A stretch of 26,049 nucleotides of DNA, from the NCBI GenBank assembly GCA_964304625.1, contig OZ199839.1:9938952-9965000 (forward strand). The letters run 5' to 3'. Position 1 is the first letter of the stretch, and every line of letters begins with the position of its first letter. This document shows positions 11,151 to 25,145 of the stretch, piece after piece. The DNA comes from Kudoa neothunni. Its lineage: Eukaryota; Animalia; Cnidaria. The translations under genes were made by a program, and so were the position numbers. The notes beneath the pieces were generated by a model, which had not been told where the DNA came from, made no database searches, and was given only the letters and a program-made list of their open reading frames with translations.

Positions 11151-13128
11151 GAAATAATGAAAAATTATTTATTATAATTTATTTTGCTGTTTTCGCGAAT
11201 TAGTCCGAAAGTTTGCGAGTGCCATACCGTTTTGTAAAGAATAGCGATATTTTCTGGTTAAGATTCATTGCGCCACAGATACAATGATTATTTCCATCAT
11301 AATGACCAATAAAAAAACTGACAGTTTAATGTCTTATTGTAGTTTGTTCCCTAATTGTTTATAATTTAATTCATCGATGAAAGTCTTATTCTCCTGATGA
11401 AATTTTATATTAAGAGTTACATAAAAATAAAATATTGTGTATTTCAGGAAATACAAAATAGAAATTCTGCTCCATACATCCGATAGATTGCGCAGACATA
11501 AAACACAACTTAGTAATGTTTCGAAATTAATGTAAAGTATGATTATTTTAAAAAAATGTTATACGCATGAATTATTTTTTATTACATTTTAATAATTAAT
11601 GGAAGGTTGGACTGATTTGTTAATCCATTTTCACTTTTATATACTTATCTTGCAAATTTTAGAGGATAGACACTTTAATTTATTATTAATCAATAAAGAT
11701 TGATTTTAGTTGATTCACTAAACTAAAAAAAAATAAAATTTAATTATATTGTTATAACTTATTGTTTTTGGTCAGATTCTTCCAATATTCTATCGGATCA
11801 CATATAGTTTATTTATCATCTACTTATGTTTAATTATTAAATTCATAGTTTTTGATAAAAAATATTTAAATTCCATCCACATTGTTCTCATTATACATTT
11901 GTCGTAGTTACATTAAATATAATAAAAATACTTCCCGCATTGCTTCTCAACATTTTTTTACTGTGATCAACAATTAGAATTCCTCTTTAATGAAGAAATT
12001 AATTGCGTACGTTTATTACCTATTTTTTAAAAAACATTAAAGTTAATTTGACCCTAAAACAATCTAATAATGAAAGCGTCTAAAAAATGTTACGATTATA
12101 CTTTTTTAATTCATGTACAATGACCACATATATAGTTCAAAATCAACGAATCTACTCAGATTTAAAGAACAACATGCAATCCTGCAATAAAACCAAGATA
12201 TTAGTAAATTTATGCATGTGGAAAAAAATTTATATTTATAAAATAGTTATATTTTCTTCATTGACTATTAGTTCAATTTTTGTAGTTTAAAAAATTAACC
12301 CTAAATCATTTTTATTAATAAAAAAATAGATAAACGTTCTACTTCTTTAAAATAAAAATCATCGAACAATAATAATACAATTTGATTAAGAGATATTGAT
12401 AAATTTAATAGTGATTAAAATATAGTTTCAAAATATTTGATAAATGTATTAATATTGTCAAAACCCCTAGTTCACAGAAATCATCGGTTCATGGAAAAGG
12501 TCACGATGTGTATTTTTTCACGAATTATTAATCGAAAAACTAATTTACTGTATTATAACAACAAGAGACATATTTACTGTCTCACAGATTCAGTATAACT
12601 TAGTCTATTATCAAATGTAATTTAGAATCTGATCGATGTTACCTTTGGAAAAATTGTTCTCTCATAGGAAACCTCGGATTTAATGTAATTTATTTGTAAA
12701 TAAATCTATTGTAAATTTTTCTTATTTAATTTGTTTATTTTGAACGTATAAACACACTCAAATACTTACAAACATGATCCACATATAACCCTATCTTCAA
12801 TTATGTGATTATGACTTTTTTCGGAAAGAATGCCTGATATCTTGTACGCTTCTTGTGTGTATTTCTTGTTTATATTTGATTGAAAGCCGTTATGTTACTT
12901 CCAGAAACCTTCAACATCGTAAATACAATAAAACATATATTTGAAATAAACAATAATAAACATTTGATGCAAATTTTTATAAGATTTATTCGAAGAATTA
13001 ATTAAATTTTTTTTAACTTTATTCTCTCTAAAGCAAACTCCTAATCGGTTATTATATCGGTGTTATGAGTAATAATTACATGAATAACTTTTTGGTTCAA
13101 TTGCGCAATAAAATAAGAAAATAATGAT

Positions 13129-13169
13129 GGGGTCAACAACGACCCCTATGGCCACATACAGAAGCTTAA
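13129..13169. mobile_element. Probable orphan piggyBac terminus
   Basis: Palindrome GGGGTC-aacaac-GACCCC about 20 nt before ...GAAGCTTAA; same architecture as the end at 23492. Confidence 0.35.
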
Positions 13170-13561
13170 AACGCGTACAAATTTATGTGAGAAGCAAGAG
13201 GAATCACGCACCGTGTAAATTACGAAAATATCCGATGCGACGATAATCCCGTCCGAATTAGATTATTAGGGATTAATCCATGATATTATTGGTATTTTCC
13301 TAAAAAATCTCTGATTAGAATATAATACAATTTTACCGAACGTTTTATAATAATATTTTAACTAAGTTTATCAAAAAAAAATATGGAATGAAATATATCC
13401 CAATGTTGTTAGAGGTAAGTTTTTTCTTTTAAGCTTAATTTCACCATTTTTTCTAAACTTTTCTCAACTAATGTGACTTACAAAATTATGAGATTAGCTA
13501 GCCAGAACTTTAAATTATTTGATGCGAAGTGTAAGAAGTTATAGGCAGATTAAAGTCGATT

Positions 13562-13597
13562 TGGGGTGTAGTACACCCCAGTGTCGTTAGAAGGTTA
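13562..13597. mobile_element. Probable orphan piggyBac terminus
   Basis: Palindrome TGGGGTGTA-g-TACACCCCA followed by ...GAAGGTTA(c), resembling an AGGG|TTAA end. Confidence 0.4.
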
Positions 13598-14199
13598 CGA
13601 ATGTCTTCATTTAATAATTGTTATTCGTCAATTAAATCGTATTCTTGCTTTATATAAACTATAAAATGGAAGAAAATTAAAAAATATAAAAAATAAATCG
13701 AGAATTGATGATTGATGATTTATATAGCGATTTTCTTATAATGTAAAATCAATAATCGTTAATATTTTCCATCCCTATTCATTTTCACGCGAAAAAAAAC
13801 AAACGAAAGATTATCTTACGCACCACATAAAATAATAGAATTATCATAGAAAATACAAAAATTAGTATATTAAAAAGTGTAAAATTGCTCAAAAAATATT
13901 AAGAATGAATTAGAAACCTCTCAAATCGAACAAATTAATTATTATAATCCACGAAGAATGAAAGAAAATACAGTTTAAATCATAGAATTACAACTACAAC
14001 TATCAAAAGGAGGAAACAGAAAGAAGAACGATAGCAAAAGAAAACTGAATTATATTATAACAAGACTAGAAACCAATTGCTATGTGAATTTTTGGATAGA
14101 CTAAATGTTATTAGTTTTTGGTGAAAATGTCCATAAGTGATTTGAGGCGCTTTATTTATATTTATACGAGTGGACAATAACGAAGCGAGGATAACATTG

Positions 14200-14953
<754 letters not shown>

Positions 14954-15953
14954 TTCAATAGATCAAATAGCCGTCTTATTGGGTGTTCGGGATTGTACGA
15001 CGGGTTTTCGGTAGACAATTCAACAAATCCAGGGGTTGACACTGACAAGCACAAATCGGTTAATCGTTTCTACAACAATATTCTAATGTCATTTGTGACT
15101 CGCTCGATCAATCATTCTATTCTAGATGACTTATTGTTGGTTTTGTGGAGAGCATCAATCCACGGACAATTGATATTTTTTATTGATCATCAAAACAAAA
15201 CTTTCTGATTCCATGACGTTATTGTTTGTGCTTGATGTTTAATAATTTTTTATCCGATTCATTTCAGCGCAGCTAATAGTGTGTATTAACACCAGGATAT
15301 CATATGATATTTGATTGTTTGCGCATTACCGAATAATCATCCTACAAATTCACCAATAACTAAAATTATATCAAAATTGTGTCATTTCTTTGACTAATTG
15401 TTAAAGGATTATATTATAAATTCTATTGAGTTTTCCAATTAGAGAAGCTAAATTTCATTAAATACGAACCCACTATTCCTTTCATAATCCTGCGTTTGCA
15501 AATGAGATGATTATTTGATCGCGTGCATAACAGCGTGACCTAGTAATTTTGATCTGTTAAATTAAATTATAGTTTTTGAGATGTTAACAAAAATAACGGT
15601 GAATAAAATTATTTGTGATCTTCGGTTATTATACCGACAACTCTAAGGTTTCAATATAAATTCAAATTATTGATTTTATCGTTAAATATATTTTGAATAA
15701 TAATTTATTTTTATTTTTTAAATCATTGTTATATGCGTTTTGAGTCGATATGGCATAGTTTCCTGGTTCTAATGAATGTCGATAAACTTTCGGCTTTCTT
15801 CGTTAAAACTTCAGATTACCTTTATTTATTTCTTTGTTGAAAAGTGCATCAGTAACTAAATTAGAATTTAAGGGGGTTTTAAATAGTATTTAGAATAGGT
15901 GAATAATAATGAAATTAATAATGGCTTAATTATTTGTCATGATTATTTTAGAG

Positions 15954-17797
15954 AAAGGGTCGGCAACTTTTTTAATAAAGGGCTAAATAGCTATATAATT
16001 TTACCTTCAGGGCCCACTCTACATTTAATAAAAATTTCTATATTTAAATAAAGTATCGATATATTCATATTGAATAAGTTATAAAATAATAAAGTTTTCT
16101 ATAAAAATAAATAACAAAGTTCAATGTGGCATTTAGTTTTTTTTATTTTGGGATAATTTTTCTGTCATGGGAAATATTACACGATGACAATAGAAGGATG
16201 TTATCAACATTTTCATCTAGCAATCATGTCCTTAAAATATTTTTGGTGTATTTCATCTTTGAAAAAAGTGGTTCGCAACTATAAGTACTACCAAGCATAG
16301 AAAATACCAGTTTTTAATTTTTTAGCAAATTTACATACTTACCACTCCGTAGCAAATAATTACTGTAAAATTCAATAATAGACTCACTATGAAATTTGGA
16401 TTCGAATAGTTGAACGCATTTTAAATCAATCAATTCCAATTGATATATTTCAGAAACTTGATTCACATCTATCTCGTTAGGGTTGCTACATAATTTAAAC
16501 ATTCCCTCATAACTTCAAAAATCAGAAAACTCCTTTTGTAGACTACTAATGGTTTCCACTATTAGAACAGTTGAAATATAATTTTCATGCTTCTGTAAAT
16601 TCGGAAAATGTGAATAATTTCCGTTTTGAATTTATATTTTCCACAAGTAGAATTTTGTTCAAAAGCTTCGATTTGACCAAACATTTCAAAAACAAGTTAT
16701 CTTTCCTTTAAGATCAAGATTCAAGTAATTCGTACGTTTTGTAATGTTCATTAAAAATCCAGTTTAGCAACTCAATATGGATCTTTAAAGTGAGCGTTTT
16801 GTTGGTTTTTAACTTTAAATAATGAAGAAATCTATGTTCTTAATTCATAGACTCTTCATAACATTTTTCCACAACTAAGCCAACGAATATTTTAAAAATA
16901 TGTGACGTCATCATATTCAGATTCGATTTGTTTCAATAATTCTTGAAACTGGCAATGATTTATCCCTCTTGAAAGAATAAGGTTGACCATTTTCACGGTT
17001 GTTTTCATTATACTGTCGAATCCCTGTGCTTTTGAACACAGCGTATCTTGGTGAATGATACAATCAATTTTGATTAATTTGTGATCAAATCCAAGATATT
17101 GTAGTAATAGTAATATGAAACCTTTGTTTTTACCAACCGTAGCCGGTGCTTCATCCGTTTTGACTCCAATAGGTTCCGATAATTGTAGATTCATATCATT
17201 TATCCATTTCACAATGGCATTATAAATATCTTCGCCAGTACTTATGTCTTTTATAGGAATCAGTTGTGCATACCCTTCAATAAATTCCAAGATTGGTTTT
17301 ACACTTCTCACGAATAACGCAAGCTGACAAGTATCTCTCATATCAGTAGTCTCATCAATGGTTATGCACAAATATTCCAAACTATGAATTATATCTTTCA
17401 AGCTACCTCTGATGTTGGTTGCAAAGTCTTTTATTCTTTTAGTTACTGTCCTAGCCGATAGTGATGCCAGTAAATAAGTCTTTTTTCTGGACAAACTATA
17501 TCAACTACTTTTAGTAATATCTCCTTGAAGAATTCTCCATCAGTCAATGGCTTCATTCGTTTTGCGATAAGTTATGAAACTTCATAGCTGGCCTATGTAT
17601 TTTTGTAGTTTATTTTTCAATTTTTTGAATGAAAAATGAAGTCTGTTTATAAAAATTGTTTTTTAGTCATTCAGCTTCTTTCACTCGTGCTGCACCATTG
17701 AGAATCGTAATTTGCATGTCGAGTTATATAATGTAGCTTGAGAATGGATAATTTTTTCACGGAAATAATTTCTTAACATATTAAGCACACACATTTA
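15954..17797 (-). mobile_element. hAT (Charlie/Buster/SPIN, GTF2IRD2-like) element relic with one terminus, cut at its 5' end by a Helitron
   Basis: Terminus (A)AAGGGTCGGCAACTTTTTT..AAGGGCTAAATAG of the hAT-Charlie type; peptides KCVCLIC..HYITRH, IDETTDMRDTCQLALFVR, TDEAPATVG, CIIHQ, IRWLS and SMLGSTYSCEPLFSKMK; many stops and frameshifts. Confidence 0.9.
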
Positions 17798-18785
17798 TCT
17801 ACTATATATATATAAGCTGAAGTGACTGTGTGTGTCAGCATATTCGCATGTGCGTCGAAATTTTTTCCTTATAGAGACATTTATGAAATTTTTTAAAAAT
17901 CACAATGTTTCGAAAATAGTGATTTTGTCGATTCACAGTTTGTTTATCGGATTATTTGAGTTCAACAGTAAGATTAACACCTGCTTATGTCATGGTGAAG
18001 GTCGGTTGAAATTAACATTCCCCTTTATATGCTCGATTAAATGCCAATTAAGCGATGCCATTTATTTTTATGTATAAGATTGACGTTTCTTTCCGGGGCT
18101 TTATGCAAATACACTCCTTTTTTGTGGAGTTTAAACGTATCAGACTTGATCAGCACATTTTGAAGGTTCTATTAATGATTTTAGATATGATCAAAAATCT
18201 ATATATGTTTCATTAACAACGAATTCACGGAGAACGTTAAAATTGCATTGATTGGAGCATTATGATGGAAATATTGTGTCCGTAGATTTCATTAAAATCG
18301 TCTGCTAAGTTTAACTTACCGTGATTAAATTCAATGCAGATGGTTGTACTCTTACTTCATGTTATTATTTGAACGATCTATGTTGATATTGACTCGATTT
18401 GAAACTGATTGTGAGAAATAGTTAATTAATGTTTATGCCGGGACAAGAGATAATAATTTGAGCGATATCAATTAATTTTCATATGTTTTCTTCTATCTCT
18501 ATTACTTTTTCTATTTAATACCTCTTAAAAAGTTAGCGGTGCACACAGTTACCGAGCCGGACCAGAATTCGACTTTTAAAAATCCTCAGGACCAACAAAT
18601 AACGTTTTAGATAACACTTTGAGCTAATTTAAATAATTCGGGAATGTAGAAAAAAATGGCGCGAACCTTAAATTATTCAGCGTTGACGCCGAGCCACGAA
18701 ATGTTTAAATGAACGTCGGGATTGGAACACCCCTTCAAAGAAATGATCATAATTTAAATTTCAGAATCCAAATTGTTAAAGTATA
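17798..18785 (+). mobile_element. Helitron, 5' end intact, 3' end not found
   Basis: A|TCTACTATATATATATAAGCTGAAGTGACTGTGTGTGT 5' terminus directly abutting hAT coding sequence; about 18074-18785 homologous to the interior of the 4526-5363 element. Confidence 0.7.
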
Positions 18786-19322
18786 TTGCCCTACAACACG
18801 TTTACTTTCCAATGCTGAAACTTTTGTTAAAAAATTACTTACTCATATTGTTTAAAAAAAAGATTTCAGAAACATACACTTGCCGACAATTTTTATGGAT
18901 CCTTAACATTAACGTTATCTTCAATCGCAGTAAAAATTTTTGTTAAGATTAGGCATGTTCTTTCAATGGAGAGAATATCTCTTTCAGGAATAAAAATCTT
19001 TATGATATTATAATTATATTAAAATGGTGAAACTAAAATATAATTCTATCATATACTGTGTAGTATTAATTTGTATTTTGTGCGTCATTGAAATGTTTGA
19101 GCGTACCTGTATAAAATCTCGTTTACGCATAAAAGAGTCGACAAACTCGACGTTTATTTATAGAAGTCAATCCTTCCAAAAATATACGTCGAAAATTACA
19201 TGCCCTATTCATCATGCAACATTGTGGTTGTTATGCTTATGGTCACTATTGATGCCATACGTTCGTATTTAATGAATCGCATCGTGTATGAAATATAAAT
19301 ATGATAATTATATTATTAATTG

Positions 19323-19348
19323 AGACATCGTAAATATACGATTTTAAT
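19323..19348 (+). promoter_or_regulatory. Conserved 26-nt upstream element (paralog B)
   Basis: AGACATCGTAAATATACGATTTTAAT, identical to the reverse complement of 8628-8653. Confidence 0.45.
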
Positions 19349-19371
19349 AGCTTGTTACAAAAATTATTGAA

Positions 19372-22300
19372 ATGTTGGTTCCTATAATTTTCTTTAGTTT
19401 ATTAGGAATGGCCTCCCTAGGTATATTCATATTGTATCGTCGTCTTTATTTAAATGAAAAATAGAAAGAGCATTGGATTCTTATGAATTAGATCATGGAG
19501 CTGCTCCAGCTTGGATGACCACAACTGAGCAAAAAGCAGCCGTAGTTGATAGATGGTATGTTGACAAAGCTACCGCTACGTGCAAAAAATTCCAATATTT
19601 GGGTTCCCTAGGAAATTTTAACAACTTTGTGTCGAAAGCCGTTTGTCAATATCATTGTAAATCATAATATTTAGACGGTTGTAACTTTATTATTAGTAAC
19701 ATTCACACCAGAAGAGCGGTCCAAAGCGTGTACATTACCTAAAGCAGAAGGCTCTTGCACAGTGCCCGAGGCGAATCGACAAGAGCGGTGGTATTTTAAA
19801 AAGACAGGGACTAGTTCACCCTATACCTACTCATGTGAAAATTTTAAATACTCTGGGTGTGGAGGAAACGCCAATAATTTTATGAGTGAAGAAGATTGCA
19901 AAAATGCCTGTCATAGTAAATAAGTTTGAATAAATCTGTTTATAATATAAGGTCTTAAAATAAATTAATTTAACTTAGACAAAGTGAATAGTGGTGTAAC
20001 AGGAAATGACCAAGTTAGTACTCCTATTGCAACTCCTAACAAGTTTGACTGTCTTTTCGCTGCTGAAGTAAAGAGCCATCAACCCAAAATGGGAGTTGTA
20101 TTACACAAAGATAAAAAAAGATGTGTATATGCTGCAGTTGGTGCCGATGCAACGAGAGGATTTTTTGAGGAACTACCAAAATGTGTAGATACATGCATAA
20201 GTATTAAATTTCGATGATAGACGTGAGATGATAGTAATAATTAGCGGATTTTGTTGCTGCTTGCAAGGCAACTGAACCATATCAAGAACCATCAAATAGC
20301 CAAATTACTAGTTTTGAAGAAGTCAGTGAATACTTTTATTTTGACATAAAAGACAAAGTTTGCCGTCCCTTCTACTCAAAAAAAACACCCGACGCCTCAG
20401 TTAAACTTGACGACGGCTCAAAAAATATATTTAGTTCCGCAGAGATATGTGCGAGTTTTTGTCCCGCCGGTATTCTATTTAATTTTATTTTCAGTATTAT
20501 ATGATGGTGTCTACTGCCACACATTGGTGCGTGCGCGAAGGATTAAAGGATTATTTTTATTTCTTTCATTTTACACGTTATGCTGCGAATAATAAAACAA
20601 CAATAACTAATACCAAAACAATATATTTTTCATATATGTCGAGTACATCAGTTTGCAATTGTAGTTGATAAATTGTGAATTGGTGATATTACCACCTCAG
20701 ACGATTTTATACCATTATTTTTGTGAAATTAATAGTTCGGAGGTGTTCATAAGTTTTTAAATTGGGATCAAAACATCTATTTGATAAATATTCTTCCAAA
20801 ATTCACGCGAGTTCTCAACTAATTGAGTGCAAAGATATGGCGGAAAACACACATGGATTCTTTCGCAATCAATTTTATTCATATTTTGAAATGAAACAAT
20901 GTCTCTGTGACTTTATTACAGTAATAAATTAGCGAAACGTTATATTTAAAAAAAAATTAGAGTTCTGGATTTACATACAGAGTGGACAAGAGTGTCAAAC
21001 TAAAAAATGATATCACACGGGATGAAAACAAAACGGTAATTTACAGATATGTTAAATATATTTGTCCCCATGGAGATAAAAACTAAAATCAAATATTCAA
21101 AATATTCCCAATCATCATTGATGAAAGGTTGTCCAGCATTCATTGCCATATCTTTTCGGGATGAGTCACATAGTGTACTTAAATATGACATCACCCATAA
21201 TCATCCTCAGTACGATGTAAGTTATTACAAACACAATCAAAATGTGTCTCATGAACTAAAACGAACTTTGTCACAATGTCTCGTTTGAAGTGCAAACAAG
21301 AAACGAATGAAAGAAACTCTCAAGTCCGATCTCAATATTCCGTTTAGTTAAAAAAATACGAAATTTAAAGCATCGCACGGGGAAGGAATCCCAGGATTCG
21401 TTTGGTATGGATAATCTTACCAAAAAATACGATGGTGAACTATTACTTGATGTCTATATAAATAATAATAATAATAATAATACACAAGAATTAAACGTTT
21501 TATGTTTCTATACCCTAAATATGAAAAAGTTATATGTTGGTTATGATGAAGTTTTACATATTGATGCCACCTACAAGGTTAATAAAACGAGATACCCATT
21601 ATCCTATTTCACTATCGTTGATTCGTACGGATGTACACACACGTCCTGTTGTTCGCATTTGTAAAAGACGAATCCCAAGATTCCATTAATACAGTTATGC
21701 CTTCGTTTTGTAGACTAATGAATGAAGTGCCAGACACAGAAGTGGTTTTTGTTGAAAAGGATTTCACAGAAATGAACTCGATAGAGAAATTCCTACCCAA
21801 TACCAGAATATTATTGTGTCCCTATCACGTTGAAAATTCTATTATTAGACAAATTAAATCACTTAGATGTAACCAACTTATGAAAAAAATTAAACCGCTT
21901 TCAAAAAAGATCATTTATTGCAAAACTTGGGGTAAATTTCTTTGTTACGTACAAGAAATCAAGGAAATAAGTGATCCTTATTTCTCGTATCTCGTTAAAT
22001 GTTGGTTGGAATATCCGGAGATGTGGGTTCAATGTTTAAGGAAAACCGCATTAACTCTTGGTTCTAACACAAATAATTGAGTCGAACGGACCCACGATAA
22101 ACTAGAAAGTTTCTTATCAAAATCTTATTCATTGCCGGTCCAATTTGATGAGATTCTTCGGTATATGGGCGAATTAGGAAGCGAATTTACCATCTAACAA
22201 AAACAACTACCCATGCAAACTTTAAAAATATCAGATGACCCAATGTGTAATAAACTTTTAAGTAGTTATCCACTATACAGTATGGAAAAAATTATGGATA

Positions 22301-23287
22301 ATTATAAATCTGAGGAGTTTATCACAATGTGGGAACTTAAATCCAATTATTTTGTCCATCTGTTGTCTAACTCTGTTGTGGTTACTAAAACTAACAGAAC
22401 ATTGATTTGTGACCGCTCCTTTTTCTATCAACATAGACTACCGTGTGCCCATCTATTAAATTTGATCAAAATACATATAAAAATTTACTCACTTATTATT
22501 CCACAATGGGCCCTTACAAATTTTCCTCTCCAAACTTCGTTGGACTCCTTTTCAAAACAAGATACTGGTACAATTATTAATGCTGAGGAACTGAATGAAT
22601 CGAATCCTGCTTCTGAGGAATATGAGACAAACAACAAAAATAACCTTAAAAATAACAAAGAACTGGCGGACAAAATGTTACATACATTAAATGCACTTGG
22701 AGGCAATGAGTATTCCAATTTATTTAGACTTTACCTCATTATTGCAAAAATATGAAATAAACAGAATGTATTTTCACGAAAATGTCGCTGAAGACACGGG
22801 AGGATCGTCTTATTTTGTCGTTAAAGTTAAAACATAGGTAGACCTAAGGAAAAAACAAATTATGTGAAGTTCAAAAAACAATTTCATTAATGATTAATTA
22901 CGCATGGAAAAAATATCTTGTTTTGTTATTAGTAATTTTTGCTTTATTATTCGCATCATAACGCGAAAAATGAAAGAAATAAAAATAATCCTTTATTTAA
23001 TCCTTCAAGCACGCATATATGTTGTGGCAGGAGACACTATCTTATTACATATTTAATCAAATTTAGTTGGTCATCTTGGTAATCTCAATGCGGTTGAAGC
23101 GTGTAAACAAGAAAAAGTTGGTGAGTGGGAATCTGGCGATAATTACAAAATACCTAGACATTACTATGATAAAACAACACAAAACTGCGCACAGTTTAAT
23201 TTCAACGGCAAAAAAATGAATTTAAATAACTTTGCGTCCGACTCAGCCTGCCAGGCTATTTGCAAGAACCCTTTGAGTTCTGCTTAG
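19372..23287 (+). CDS. Secreted five-domain Kunitz-type protein, paralog B (375 aa); exons 19372-19420, 19465-19656, 19697-19915, 19979-20200, 20245-20469, 23067-23287
   Basis: Signal peptide MLVPIIFFSLLGMASL; phase-1 GT-AG introns of 44, 40, 63, 44 and 2597 nt (the last expanded by a MULE); stop-free 1128-nt CDS colinear with paralog A. Splicing across the MULE is inferred. Confidence 0.88.
20503..23041 (+). mobile_element. MULE (Mutator-like, SWIM-finger type) full-length but decayed element inside Kunitz intron 5
   Basis: ~130-bp TIRs (about 20503-20631 and 22907-23041); 9-bp TSD gtattatat / ttattacat (7/9); transposase motifs KGCPA..HNHP, HIDATYK, KDFTE, LCPYHV, TNN*VER, SWIM-like CDRSFFYQHRLPCAH and a C-terminal GRPK; stops and frameshifts. 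Confidence 0.93.
21461..21481 (+). repeat. (AAT)7 microsatellite within the MULE
   Basis: Seven tandem AAT units, giving poly-Asn in the ORF track. Confidence 0.8.
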
Positions 23288-23491
23288 AGATAGATGCAAA
23301 ACATCTTCGACCATAATCATAAATATGAAGAAATTTAAATATATGAAATAATTCGAATTTAGATATTTATAGTTTTATGTTATCTACTCTTTGTTATATC
23401 GTATTTTTTTAAAGGATTTGAATATTTACCCCTTGAGGACAACCTTGGGCTCCATGAACCCACCTTTCTATTGTTTTAAAAATAAATCTTA

Positions 23492-23565
23492 TTAACCCTT
23501 ACGGAACCAAGAGGGGTCTACCGAAACCTCAATGTGCGTGTTTTTGATCATAACTCGAAAAATCT
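23492..23565. mobile_element. piggyBac-type terminus
   Basis: TTAA|CCCTTACGG followed by imperfect palindrome GAGGGGTCTACCGAAACCTC; no matching other end or transposase recognised. Confidence 0.55.
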
Positions 23566-24478
23566 GCTTCTTTTTATATTAATATTTTTAAAATACTCAT
23601 AAAACACCTAAGCCTGTATATGGGGAAGGTAATTTTATTCTCTGTATCTTTAACTTTATAATAAAACACGATAGTTTGATTGCATGCAATTATAAATGTT
23701 CTTAACCTCAATTTTTTATTTTATAAATATTAATTTTAGTTAAATATTAAAAATTATATTTTGTTTAAACATTACATGTGAATGAAAAAAAACGACCAAA
23801 ATCTCAGAAGATTGCCGCTATAGATTAGCGATAACTAATGGCAGTGAATATTGGCATGGTAATCAATATCTCCATAACCGCTTCTCAGCTTTCAACCATA
23901 TTTCACAAACTAATTAATTGATTTTTTCCTACAAATTTGTTCAAACGAATATAAAACATACGTTTGTCGTCGTGAATACCTCATTAAACAGAATAAGATT
24001 TTTAAAATCGTAAATTTAAAATAATTATTAAGGTATATGATCCTATTGAAATTAATTATAACCAGTATTTCCATAATAGGCCACAAATGATCCACCACTA
24101 TTATTCACTGGGTTGTGCGCGCAGGGCATGGCTTCCTTGTTTCATAAATTTGTTCCCGCTGTTTCTTACATCAGAATTTTTCTCAAAATGAGACAACAGT
24201 GTTACAGTTGCAGCGTTTTGAGAAGAATGAGAAATTCCAGACATAAGATAATAATTCCACTCATCTCTAATAATCTACCGCTTCCTATTAATCAGGTCGT
24301 TATTGTTTGTTAATCCTTGTTATCAAGAAAATATGTAAATGCCACAAAAACATATTTAATGGAATAAAATGTTAAATTGTCGTTATGGTCCACTTGGAAG
24401 CATTCGACTGTTGTTTTTTTTATTGGCAAGCCTATCGCAGGTGATCTTTGGCCCCTAGGTTTTTCCTCAGATTGTACC

Positions 24479-24649
24479 GGTAATGGGGGAATATACACCA
24501 CACCAAATTTTGCCATTTGCGCATGCTCAACATTCCCGATTTTATCCAAAACTTATCTTGCACTATTTTTAAATATTGAATGAACAGAACGAATTCAAAA
24601 ATCACTACCTTGAAAAATATGACAACATCTGCCCTTCGAGTTAAATCGG
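24479..24649 (+). repeat. Copy of the ~170-bp GGTAATGGGGGA element
   Basis: Colinear with 3079-3244 and, inverted, with 6936-7104. Confidence 0.7.
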
Positions 24650-25145
24650 CACGCGTGCTTGTGCGCATTTTGGCTTTTCGTCGTTTTCAACTCAATTTGA
24701 TCATTATAACAACTTTATACAATTAGTTTCTTTTTATTATTTTTTAATAAATGTAAAACAGCCTATTATTGTTTTGCTGTATACACTTAAAACGTTATAG
24801 GAAGAAAATGCAATTTGTATATGTTAGATTTCAATTACTAAAATTAAAAATTTACTGGGAAATTTCAATAAATAAGTTTTAGTTTATACATTTTTTTTAT
24901 ATCTTGATAATGGTTGTTGACGAAATGATCATGGAATTACAATGTAATGTGATTATATGTTACTTTTATTGTTATTTTTTTATAAATTTTAGAGATGAAA
25001 GATATCTTTAGATATCGATATTATAATTATGTCTACAAAATACATTGTTACTCGTATCACTTAATATCATTACTAAACATAAAATTGTAAGAGTGAAAAT
25101 ATTGAAAGTCCTTTCACAATTTTAAAAAAGAGAAAAAATAATGAC

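Noticed and set aside
19024-19272. 82-aa hydrophobic ORF upstream of Kunitz paralog B
   Set aside because: No homologous ORF upstream of paralog A and no motif; typical AT-rich spurious ORF.
20809-20966. Possible nested insertion in the MULE flanked by GAGTTCT direct repeats
   Set aside because: No TIRs recognised; the 7-bp repeat could be chance.
24479-24490. GGTAATGGGGGA resembles the 3' part of U1 snRNA
   Set aside because: No Sm site, no ATACTTACCTG 5' end and no terminal hairpin.
24310-24668. Minus-strand ORFs and a 46-nt intron-like segment over the ~170-bp repeat
   Set aside because: No splice phase gives a continuous frame and the frames are not conserved in the other copies.
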